NCBI RefSeq assembly: GCF_902652985.1
Contig: NC_047016.1
Span: 10,912,001 to 10,976,000 of the forward strand
Reading direction: 5' to 3'
DNA: 64,000 nt
From: Pecten maximus
Taxonomy: Eukaryota
Shown piece by piece: positions 52,961 to 64,000 of the stretch (its first letter is position 1; each line of letters opens with the position of its first letter). Position numbers and translations under genes: made by a program. The notes under the pieces were generated by a model that was not told where the DNA came from, ran no database searches, and saw only the letters and a list, made by a program, of their open reading frames with translations.

Positions 52961-55900
52961 CTAAGAAAAAAGGTTTCTTGCCATGTTCTCTCTTATCCCA
53001 AATCCATTTTCATTTAAATGATTATGTTCCAGAACATCTGGGCCTTGTACTACTAGGTCATCAACTGTTTCTGATACTATATCTTGTCTTAAGATACCTA
53101 TGTTGTGCAATATGGCACATGCCACAATATATTTGCATGCTCTGTTTGGGTTTGTTCTCAGACCAATTGATAGGCAGCTGAAGCGCCTCTTCAAAATTCC
53201 AAACGTCTGCTCGATGACCACTCTTGTTCTACACAATGCTCCATTGAATCGCTCCCGGTGTCTAATATCATTGGTGTGATTGTATGGTGTCATCAAATAC
53301 CTGCGGCAAGGGTAGCCTGAGTCCCCTAGCAGGAATCCACTGTATAGGTCTGTTATAATTAAGGATTATAGCTTCTTCAAGTTTCTCTTTTCATTGTTTA
53401 TTCATCATTCATAGATATATCATTGTGTAAAGTGACATTACTTTCAATTTAATTCTCAAAAGTAATATATCTTCTTATTCAAAATTATAATTATGTACTG
53501 TTAAATCTTCATAAATATTTGGATATACCACAAATGATTTGTAACAAATGAAAATGATATATATTGTTTGATGAACTTGATATATTGATGTAACATCAAT
53601 TTTATAGGGTACAGTACATAGTTTTACATGAATGTTTATTACCATTTTCAAAGTCATGACAAAGCTGACTTTCTCGGAACACTCTTGAGTCATGACATGA
53701 ACCAGGCCAACGGGCCACACAGTTGGTTATGATGAAGTTGTTGTTGCAGACCATCTGTGAAAGTGAAATAAGTATGCATATTTCAAAGGTGGTTTTTTTT
53801 TCATATTAAATAATGAAAGAATTATAGACTTCACATTGGGGAATGTGGTATGCATGTATTTGAGATTTAATACCAGGTAAATACAATGTATACATTTCAG
53901 TGAGCTAACATGAATGCAGTACTTGTCACAGATAAAACTATTCTTTTCTTAAATACATGTAGCAATTAAGGTATCCATTCTGCATGAAATCTTGATCAAT
54001 ATTAAAGTTTCTATTTTTACACATTATACCTGAACATTCAGAGAATGGAATCCTTTTCTATTGACATAGTCAGGTTCATTTTCTCTTGGTGTAGATATTC
54101 TGACAAATGTCCCATCAATGCATCCCAATACCTGTGGCATGCCTTAAAAATACACAATTCAAGATTTTTAGTTTATAAACTGCCTGACTCCTTTGGCTTA
54201 TGGGCAATGTCAAAAAGGGTCAAATGATTTTAAATGAACTTGGTATCATGATTACAGAGGCCAACATCAGCCGATCTCATCGAGTGGGTCCTGCTAACAA
54301 GTCATATCCAAGAGATATTCATATATATGTTCCTGTTAATATATATAAAATTATGTATACTACTTCTGTTATATTCGAGATTAAAAAATTGTTACCTGTA
54401 TATATGTTTATATGGAGATGACTTAAATAGGCTATGCCTGATGTCAGATCCATTTGTCGAATTAAATGACAATAAAATGTGTTGAAATTGAAATTAACTG
54501 AAATTTAAAAAAAAAACTTCTTCGAAAAACCCAATAAAAACATAATGATACAAATGAGAGAAGGAAAATTGTTTGTTTGTTTGTTTGTTTGACATAGCCA
54601 TTTTATTAAAATGATGTTTTGAGACTTTCCCTGTAGTTCAAAGTCAGTCTCAGTGTCTTTGTGATCATCATGAGTGGCCCATGTCGAGTAAATTTATGGA
54701 TTGTCTATAAAAAAATTTTTAAAAAGAACGTAGATGGTAATTACTTGCGGTCTGAGGCCTGCAATTTCGACAACTGTTTAAAACTTTTTACTTCTAAATG
54801 TGAAGATTGAAGAAAATAGTGTTATTCCAATATCAAAATGCATGTAGTTTAATATTGAGAGAATAGTTCTACAATATGAAAATAAAACCAGATTTTAATG
54901 AAGTTTTAGAATTATGAATTTGTTTCTTTAGTGGAACTTATTACTGCAGTCTTTGGCCAGCAGTTTAGAAAACGCTTCCTTATGTAAATATTTGCACATA
55001 TGGTGGTGTTGGCCTAAAAATAGTACACTTCATATGCATGGAAAAGTCTTCAGGTACTTTACCAAAATTGTAAATTTCATGCTCCTGGGGTCTCACGTTT
55101 GCCCCTGAGGAGGGGGTAAACTTTACAATAGTTTATATAGGGAAATCAAATTTTTGACTATCAGTTGTTTGATTTTATTGAAATTCATAATAACTTTGTT
55201 AACATTATCAGCATGGGATGACAGCTCGATGGTATGCACACGTTGGCCCTGAGCTGATGGGCGGGGCCAGCAGGGTAAATTAAATTAACTTTAATATTTC
55301 TAAACTCAGGTGACTGTTGAGGCCCATGGGCCTCCTCTTAAATTGAAGCAGTTAGATAGAATTATTTCATTTCAATATGCACATTACACATGGTCCTAAG
55401 TTGTGCAGATTTTCACATTTGTTCTTGAATTTTTATTCATATATAACTAGTTTCAGAAAGCCCCAAATGATATTTTGCTCGGTTCGAATCACCACATTTG
55501 ATCAAAATTTTCTTTTTATGTTATTTCAAGGACAATCAATTGCTTGAAACAGGAAGCTGTACATATGCATGTGCAATATATATATATTTTAATTACTGTT
55601 ATGAATCCTAAGTTGTTTCCCAAATAAAAGCTATATTAAACAAATAATTTTTCTTTTTTGTTTTGTTTTTTAACTATTTTTAAATTCATAGTGATATGTA
55701 CAAGCACATGTACTGTACAATGACAAAGTACACTATGAAATGGAAGTATTTCAATTGTGAAATTGAAATAGTACACTTAATAAGTATTAAAACAATATTT
55801 CATTTCATATGAATATCTTGAAATAAAAAAAAAATAAGAACAAACATATAATTTGATCTAGAACTGTTTCTACCTGCAATTTTAATTGATCAAAGCTTCA

Positions 55901-56600
55901 CAATTGTTGACTTTCAGCAAAGAGCTGATTAGACAATTTTTTGTTGTTAACGATGTTTTTATAACAGAGGGAAACCCTTCTCATACGATTGATAACACAC
56001 ATATATAACAATGAGGGCGTTTATTTGTTTAGATACGGTACATAGTACTATATGACGTAATTATCGATGGGGGCGCTGCAGTCACATTGTTTACATCAAG
56101 TGGAACGCTCAAAACTTGTCTGTGGTACTAGATTCGATATCATTTATGTCTTTTAATTGGAAATACGCACCTGCAATAGCGTGAAAGGCACGTTTTGTGT
56201 TGTCTGCCGCCTGCCCAGTCGGGAATTTGATGAAATCCCCACGCAATCTAACGAGGACGTCCGCAACACGACGGATGCAGCGTCCAGCAGTGGCCTTTGA
56301 TATGTGAATGGCGTCGCCAATCAGTTGGTGAAATGCCCCTGTCGCCAGAAATCTCAAAAAAACGAGAACCTGTATGAGAGGAGGCAGACTTTGGGATCTT
56401 CTCGTTGGATGCGTTATACTATCGGCGACCAAATGAACAATAAATAGCAAGGTGGGTCTCCTGAACCTGTACCTGGCGTACAACTCCTCATCTGTCCTCA
56501 TCTCCAAAGGATTAAGCCGATCTCTAAAGGTCCTCGGACGAACTGCTCTCCTTTCTTCTCGTTGTCGCAGACGATCAACTAATCTTACTATGTCCGCCAT
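52961..56600 (-). CDS. Harbinger DDE transposase (HARBI1-like), 347 aa; exons 56600-56171, 54142-54030, 53754-53643, 53349-52961
   Basis: Open spliced frame with catalytic D (IDGT), D (GDSGY), E (VIEQTFG) and the canonical HSLNVQ. Confidence 0.93.
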
Positions 56601-57429
56601 ATTTAAGACAAAAAAACGGACTTAAGTCTGCCCTGTAGCAGTCTTAGGATTTAAGACTGAAAAATAGACTTAAGACTTAAGTTTTATTTCATGAACCTCG
56701 ATTTAAGTCTGTTTTCAGACTTAAGTCAAAAATCTTAAGCTTAAGTCAAAACTTAGACTTAAGTCTGTTTCATGATCCCGGAGCCAGGTGTTTCGGAAAG
56801 GCCAACGTCTTTTGGTTCTTTGACGGCATCTATCATGTCAATCTGGGTCAAATACGAGTCGAATTCTCAAAATGAGAACAAAGGCGGTCACAATGGACCA
56901 CTAGACACATAAACAACAAGCAACGAACACTGATTTCATATCGTATAATGAAATGTCATATTTTCAAATGAGATCACGATATCGACAATCTGTATCTCGA
57001 TATATTGCGCTGTTGATTTTTAAGTCAATCATCGACATCTGTCACGGAAATTTTGATAATTAGAAAAATATTTAAATATATAAAATCGACTGGGACATGT
57101 TAACACCGCGTGTATTGAAAGCAGGTATGTTTCTAGCAAGAAATGGAAAATTAACAATGGGGATATTTAAATCGTCACGCTTATCACACAGCTTGGTTGT
57201 TATCTGTTCCTGCCGGTAACGTTGTAAGTAAAGATAGAGGTAAACGTTTGGTGTTAAAATGTCTTTAGTGTCATTAATTGCAAAGTCTTAATGCCCAATC
57301 GACATTGTTAATAAAGATTTTGTTATTTTAAGATAACACATCGTCAATATATGTACATGCATCTATGAGTGAAATTGAACGACTCTGATAAGCTTGTTTA
57401 TATAATCTGTCTGATATGAAACAAAAACA

Positions 57430-58482
57430 AGCCAGCCAACAGAGGGGCACAGTGTGTGTCCCATGGGTATGTCAGTCAGCCAACAGAGGGGCACAGTGTG
57501 TGTCCCATGGGTATGCCAGTCAGCCAACAGTGGGGCACAGTGTGTGTCACATGGGTATGTCAGTCAGCCAACAGAGAGACAGTGTGTGTCCCATGGGTAT
57601 GTCAGTCAGCCAACAGAGGGGCACAGTGTGTGTCCCATGGGTATGTCAGTCAGCCAACAGAGGGGCACAGTGTGTGTCCCATGGGTATGCCAGTCAGCCA
57701 ACAGTGGGGCACAGTGTGTGTCACATGGGTATGTCAGTCAGCCAACCGAGAGACACAGTGTGTGTCACATGGGTATGTCAGTCAGCCAACCGAGAGGCAC
57801 AGTGTGTGTCCCATGGGTATGTCAGCCAGCCAACAGACTGGCACAGTGTGTGTCCCATGAGTATGTCAGACAGCCAACAGAGAGGCACAGTGTGTGTCCG
57901 ATGGGTATGTCAGTCAGCCAACAGACGGGCCCAGTGTGTGTCCCATGAGTATGCCAGTCAGCCAACAGACGGGCACAGTGTGTGTCCCATGGGTATGTCA
58001 GTCAGCCAGCCGAGAGGCACAGTGTGTGTCCCATGGGTATGTCAGTCAGCCAACAGACGGGCACAGTGTGTGTCCCATGAGTATGTCAGTCAGCCAACAG
58101 ACGGGCACAGTGTGTGTCCCATGGGTATGTCAGTCAGCCAACAGACGGGCACAGTGTGTGTCCCATGGGTATGTCTGTCAGCCAACAGACGGGCACAGTG
58201 TGTGTCCCATGGGTATGTCAGTCAGCCAACAGAGAGGCACAGTGTGTGTCCCATGAGTATGTCAGTCAGCCAACAGACGGTCCCAGTGTGTGTCCCATGA
58301 GTATGTCAGTCAGCCAACAGAGGGGCACAGTGTGTGTCCCATGGGTATGTCAGTCAGCCAACAGACGGGCACAGTGTGTGTCCCATGGGTATGTCAGTCA
58401 GCCAACAGACGGGCACAGTGTGTGTCCCATGGGTATGTCAGTCAGCCAACAGAGAGGCACAGTGTGTGTCCCATAGGTATGT
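57430..58482. repeat. 44-bp minisatellite (~24 units)
   Basis: Unit gtcagtcagccaacagaggggcacagtgtgtgtcccatgggtat. Confidence 0.95.
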
Positions 58483-58620
58483 CATTAGTCTGTTGGAAGA
58501 TCTGGTCACCAAACTCAATAAAAATGGTGTCGATCAAATATTAAATAATTCCCACTTTCTATGGGAGTTATCTCCTCCCATAAAATACTGATTGAAATGG
58601 TATTCCATCTTCATAATTTC

Positions 58621-60655
58621 AGCCGTACACTGATGATAAGGGATAGGGAGCCGTACATTGATGATAAGGGATAGGGACCCGTACATTGATGATAAGGGAT
58701 AGGGACCCGTACACTGATGATAAGGGATAGGGACCCGTACACTGATAAGGGATTGGGAGCCATAAACAGATAAGGGATAGGGAGCCATACACAGATAAGG
58801 GATAGGGAGCCATACACAGATAAGGGAATAGGGAGCCGTACACTGATAAGGGATAGGGAGCCATACACAGATAAGGGATTGGGAGCCGTACACTGATAAG
58901 GGATAGGGAGCCGTACACCGATGATAAGGGATAGGGAGCCGTACACTGATAAGGGATAGGGAGCCGTACATTGATGATAAGGGATTGGGAGCCATAAACA
59001 GATAAGGGATAGGGAGCCATACACAGATAAGGGATAGGGAGCCGTACACAGATAAGGGATTGGGAGCCGTACATTGATAAGGGATAGGGAGCCATACACA
59101 GATAAGGGATTGGGAGCCGTACACTGATAAGGGATAGAGATCCGTACACTGATGATAAGGGATAGGGAGCCGTACACTGATAAGGGATAGAGATCCGTAC
59201 ACTGATGATAAGGGATAGGGAGCCGTACATTGATAAGGGATAGAGATCCGTACATTGATGATAAGGGATTGGGAGCCGTACACTGATAAGGGATAGAGAT
59301 CCGTACACTGATGATAAGGGATAGGGAGCCGTACACTGATGATAAGGGATAGGGAGCCGTACACTGATGATAAGGGATAGGGAGCCGTACATTGATGATA
59401 AGGGATAGGGAGCCGTACATTGATGATAAGGGATAGGGAGCCGTACACCGATGATAAGGGATAGGGAGCCGTACATTGATGATAAGGGATAGGGAGCCGT
59501 ACATTGATGATAAGGGATAGGGAGCCGTACACCGATGATAAGGGATAGGGAGCCGTACACTGATAAGGGATAGGGAGCCGTACATTGATGATAAGGGATA
59601 AGGAGCCATACACTGATAAGGGATTGGGAGCCATACACTGATAAGGGATAGGGGGCCGTACACTGATGATAAGGGATAGGGAGCCGTACACTGATGATAA
59701 GGGATAAGGAGCCATACACAGATAAGGGATAGGGAGCCATACACTGATAAGGGATAGGGAGCCGTACACTGATGATAAGGGATAGGGAGCCGTACATTGA
59801 TGATAAGGGATAGGGAGCCGTACACTGATGATAAGGGATAGGGAGCCGTACATTGATGATAAGGGATAGGGAGCCGTACACTGATGATAAGGGATAGGGA
59901 GCCGTACATTGATGATAAGGGATAGGGAGCCGTACACTGATGATAAGGGATAGGGAGCCGTACATTGATGATAAGGGATAGGGAGCCGTACACCGATGAT
60001 AAGGGATAGGAAGCCGTACACTGATAAGGGATAGGAAGCCGTACATTGATGATAAGGGATAGGAAGCCGTACACTGATGATAAGGGATAGGGAGCCGCAC
60101 ATTGATAAGGGATAGGGAGCCGTACATTGATAAGGGATTGGGAGCCATAAACAGATAAGGGATAGGGAGCCATACACTGATAAGGGATAGGGAGCCGTAC
60201 ATTGATGATAAGGGATAGGGAGCCATACATTGATGATAAGGGATAGGGAGCCGTACATTGATAAGGGATAGGGAGCCGTACACTGATAAGGGATAGGGAG
60301 CCATACATTGATGATAAGGGATAGGGAGCCGTACACCGATGATAAGGGATTGGGAGCCATAAACAGATAAGGGATAGGGAGCCATACACTGATAAGGGAT
60401 AGGGGGCCGTACATTGATGATAAGGGATAGGGAGCCGTACATTGATGATAAGGGATTGGGAGCCGTACACTGATAAGGGATTGGGAGCCGTACACTGATA
60501 AGGGATTGGGAGCCGTACGCTGATAAGGGATAGGGAGCCATACACTGATAAGGGATTGGGAGCCGTACACTGATAAGGGATAGGGAGCCGTGCACTGATA
60601 AGGGATTTGGAGCCCGACACTGATATGGGATTGAAAGCCGAACTCTGATAAGGGC
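58621..60655. repeat. 25/28-bp G-rich minisatellite (~2 kb)
   Basis: Unit agccgtacactgat(gat)aagggataggg. Confidence 0.95.
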
Positions 60656-61734
60656 ATACGAGCCGTAGTAGTAGCCTTCCCGGGACGGCATGGATGCAGT
60701 GGGAGTTACTCCCCCTGCCACATGGTATTGCTAGGCAGTAGCGTGGCGGAACAAAGGGGTTAATCTGACCTTGCATAGAGAGTGCTTGTAGTGTAAAAAA
60801 AAAAAAAAAAAAAAATAGAAAAGATCGCCGATTTGTGCGTGGACAACTCTCAGATAATATAATAATATAATAATCTTTCACGATGTACGTATCAATTATT
60901 GTCAGTCAAAGCTTAATTTGTTTGTTATAACAAGGAAATGCTGCAGTTGTTTTGAGTAAAATCAAACATTCTTTAAATTCAGAAGGGATGGAATCCATAT
61001 GACTTAAATATCAAATATACACTAACTTCAGTAATGTACCTTGGTTAATAATCCTTAAATGACAACGTATGTTATTCTTGTGTATAACATTATTTAAAGA
61101 TGGATAAATAAATCAAAAGCGGTCATGATAGCCGACGATGCATCGACTGTGTAACGAATAATGCAGGATAATTAGATTGTTTACCATCATGAGGAATAAC
61201 CAGGTTGTTTACTATCATGAGGGATAACCGGGTTGTTTTTCATAATAAAGACAAACAGGGTAGATACCACTAGGTACGTGTTACAGCAAATTTTGAGCTT
61301 CATTCTTCGAAAGATGGCCGTGCCGGTGTGAGAGAACAGGCATTAGAGATTTTTGGAAATAAATAAATAAATAAATGAAAAATAAAGAAATAAAAGATCC
61401 AGTAGTTTTTCACGCAAGTTCTGAAAAGTTAAAACTAATGACAAAATAGCAGAAATAACTCGTACTTTCAGACTAACTTATATTAACTATGCAAACAATT
61501 ATGAAACAACTGTTTCTCGTTTAAATACTTTGAAAAAATGGAAAAAAGCCCTTTCCATACTACAAGCGAAATGTTACCAAGGGAATCTCGAACAATTTTT
61601 TAGGTTGCGACAGAAAATCGCTATTGACATGAAACACTATATCGGAATATTTTTGTCACACATACTTACCGAATCTGATTTTCGGAGTTCAACCAACGTA
61701 GCCTCGTTTGAAGGTCCGAGATGCGGGGTTCGAC

Positions 61735-61827
61735 CACAGGTGCCTGACTCGTTTTATAAAATAATAACATATAGATTTATATGTACTCTATATGTTATTA
61801 TTTTATAAAACGAGTCAGGCACCTGTG
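61735..61827. mobile_element. 93-bp fold-back MITE (CACAGG ends, 7-bp TSD; P-superfamily-like)
   Basis: Perfect 41-bp arms cacaggtgcctgactcgttttataaaataataacatataga with an 11-nt spacer; TSD gttcgac at 61728-61734 and 61828-61834. Confidence 0.88.
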
Positions 61828-62892
61828 GTTCGACGCTCCCTACCCGTGTCCACAGGGGGTAGGCGCGGACCTACAAAAAATAAAAAGCCTCTCCCGAGTA
61901 TGACCCGTCCCACGACTTCATATCCTTGACAAGGGAATGAACTCACCGGAACGTGAAAACCGCTTCATGTATGGTTCATTTTAAAGATGAAACATTTTTC
62001 TATCCGTCGATACCAAATACTTGGTGCTGAAAAAACTGTATTAGGATACCTAGAATGTCAAGTTTTGCCTGAAAAAATGTTAGGTAGACATTTACTGGTC
62101 CGTGCGGTTATCTGTCACCACTCTAATGAGCAAACGCATAATCATATGACTAGTAGTAAAAAAGGCCTAAGTGTCTCATTGTCATCGGTGTAAAACAACA
62201 CACAGGAATAAATTCATCGCAATAGGAAGAAAGAAGCATGGCGAATGCTAGCCCTCATGTATGAGGACATTTTTGTATCTGTATCTCTTTGAAAATAAAA
62301 ATAAAACTATTACGGCCTTGTGGCCTTTCAGCGGAAGAGAATAGATAGGAAATTGAGTAGAATGGGAACAATATAGAATGAAAAAAGAAAGTGGGGCGGA
62401 AGAGAGTCGCCTGTCTAATTGATTGTGTGATTAATTTTTGAATGCGACTCCCAGATTAAAATAGGTCCTACGCTAGCACTATTTATTAGCAGTTACGCTT
62501 ACCCTAGCGAAGATGAAGAGAGAAGACCCTACCCTATGAATTTAGTTCATCAAGGTTTTTGACGTCCATCTAAACACCTAAAAATATTTCGAAATATTAA
62601 ATATTGGCCTAAAAAAACCTATTCTCTGGACCAGCGTTATCACACCAAAAAGACCGCCGAGGGATCTTTATCGTGCAAGTTAAACATTCTCACACGGGAC
62701 AACAATTTAAGTCCTATCAGACGGACTTGATGTTTGTCGTAAACGGTTCATTTAAGTACTAGTGCTTTATGTTTGTGTCCGCACTTGTAAGATTTCCTTC
62801 GATGTCCGATTCTGAATATATGATTTGTCCATTATCTATAGGCATACAAATCGCGTAGTGTATTGTGTGTACAAAAATTGTGTATATTAAAT

Positions 62893-64000
62893 ATCATCAT
62901 ACATCATCATACATCACCATACATCATCATACATCATCATTCACCACCATACATCATCATACATCATTATACATCATCATACATCATACATCACTACACA
63001 TAACCATACATCATACATCAGTATATATTATCATACATCACCATACATCACCACACATCATACATCATTATACATCACCATACATCATACATCATACATC
63101 ATACATCACCACACATCATACATCACCATACATCACCACACATCATCATACATCATACATCACTACACATAACCATGCATCATACATCACCATACATAAC
63201 CATACATCATACATCAGTATATATTATCATACATCACCATACATCACCACACATCATACATCATTATACATCACCATACATCATACATCACTATATATTA
63301 TCATACATCACTATATATCACCATACATCATACATCATCATACATCATCATACATCACCATACATCACCATACATCACTATATATTATCATACATCACCA
63401 CACATCATACATCACCACACATCATACATCACCACACATCATACATCACCATACATCATACATCACCATACATCACCACACATCATACATTATCATACAT
63501 CACCACACATCATACATTATCATACATCACCACACATCATACATCACCACACATCATACATCACCATACATCACCACACATCATACATCACCATACATCA
63601 CCATACATCACCACACATCATACATCACCATACATCACCATACATCACCACACATCATACATTATCATACATCACCACACATCATACATCACCATACATC
63701 ACCACACATCATACATTATCATACATCACCACACATCATACATCACCATACATCACCACACATCATACATCACCATACATCACCATACATCACCACACAT
63801 CATACATCACCATACATCACCATACATCACCACACATCATACATCACCATACATCACCATACATCACCACACATCATACATCACCATACATCACCACACA
63901 TCATACATCATCATACATCATACATCATTACATCACTACACATAACCATACATAATACATCAGTATATATTATCATACATCATTACACATCATCATACAT
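62893..64000. repeat. Compound 7/10-bp simple repeat (catcata / catcaccata), runs off the window
   Basis: Direct inspection; the His-rich ORF 63175-63945 is a by-product. Confidence 0.95.

Larger units (their letters stand above)
35837..56784. mobile_element. Composite rearranged PIF/Harbinger locus (20.9 kb)
   Basis: Left TIR gccccgggatcatgaagcagacttaagtctaag; right TIR (rc) gctccgggatcatgaaacagacttaagtctaag. 3-bp TSD CAG at 35834-35836 and 56785-56787. Encodes Myb/SANT and DDE transposase genes. Confidence 0.96.
46854..56784. mobile_element. Apparently intact autonomous Harbinger element (9931 bp)
   Basis: Both TIRs are present, with two open convergent multi-exon genes. Confidence 0.92.

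Noticed and set aside
35837-56784. Whole duplication/inversion as a pure assembly artefact
   Set aside because: Breakpoints sit exactly at TIR tips with CWG triplets, including an inverted target duplication, and the copies carry distinct SNPs. Not favoured, though read-level confirmation is still needed.
57416-60881. Cys/Pro-rich ORFs of 120-756 aa
   Set aside because: Produced by 44-bp and 25/28-bp repeats whose units are not multiples of 3 and cycle through all frames.
63175-63945. His-rich 256-aa ORF
   Set aside because: Simple (catcata/catcacca) repeat.

Overview
AT-rich eukaryotic DNA, most likely from a bivalve mollusc. This is an inference from a PAN/Apple+fibrinogen gene, Helentron-type and Meta/MESC-type repeats, and dense minisatellites. 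Host genes are an intronless secreted PAN-fibrinogen (FReD) gene (5551-6483, -), a 3-exon PMP22/EMP/claudin-superfamily gene (28464-33495, +) and a possible secreted Asp/Arg-repeat protein exon (16655-20737, +, frameshifted as assembled). The main feature is a 20.9-kb PIF/Harbinger locus (35837-56784, CAG TSD). It contains one apparently intact autonomous element (46854-56784; 4-exon Myb/SANT gene and convergent 4-exon HARBI1-like DDE transposase). It also contains a near-identical upstream copy whose right half is inverted, and extra 361-bp left-end units. Every internal breakpoint falls exactly at a TIR tip and a CWG triplet, which is the signature of hybrid-element/sister-chromatid transposition into the element itself. 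The inversion puts Myb exons 1-2 in the same orientation and splice phase as transposase exons 2-4, predicting a new 284-aa Myb-DDE fusion protein. The reconstructed empty target matches the zebrafish Harbinger3_DR consensus at 14/15 positions. Most long ORFs in the supplied track are artefacts of tandem repeats.
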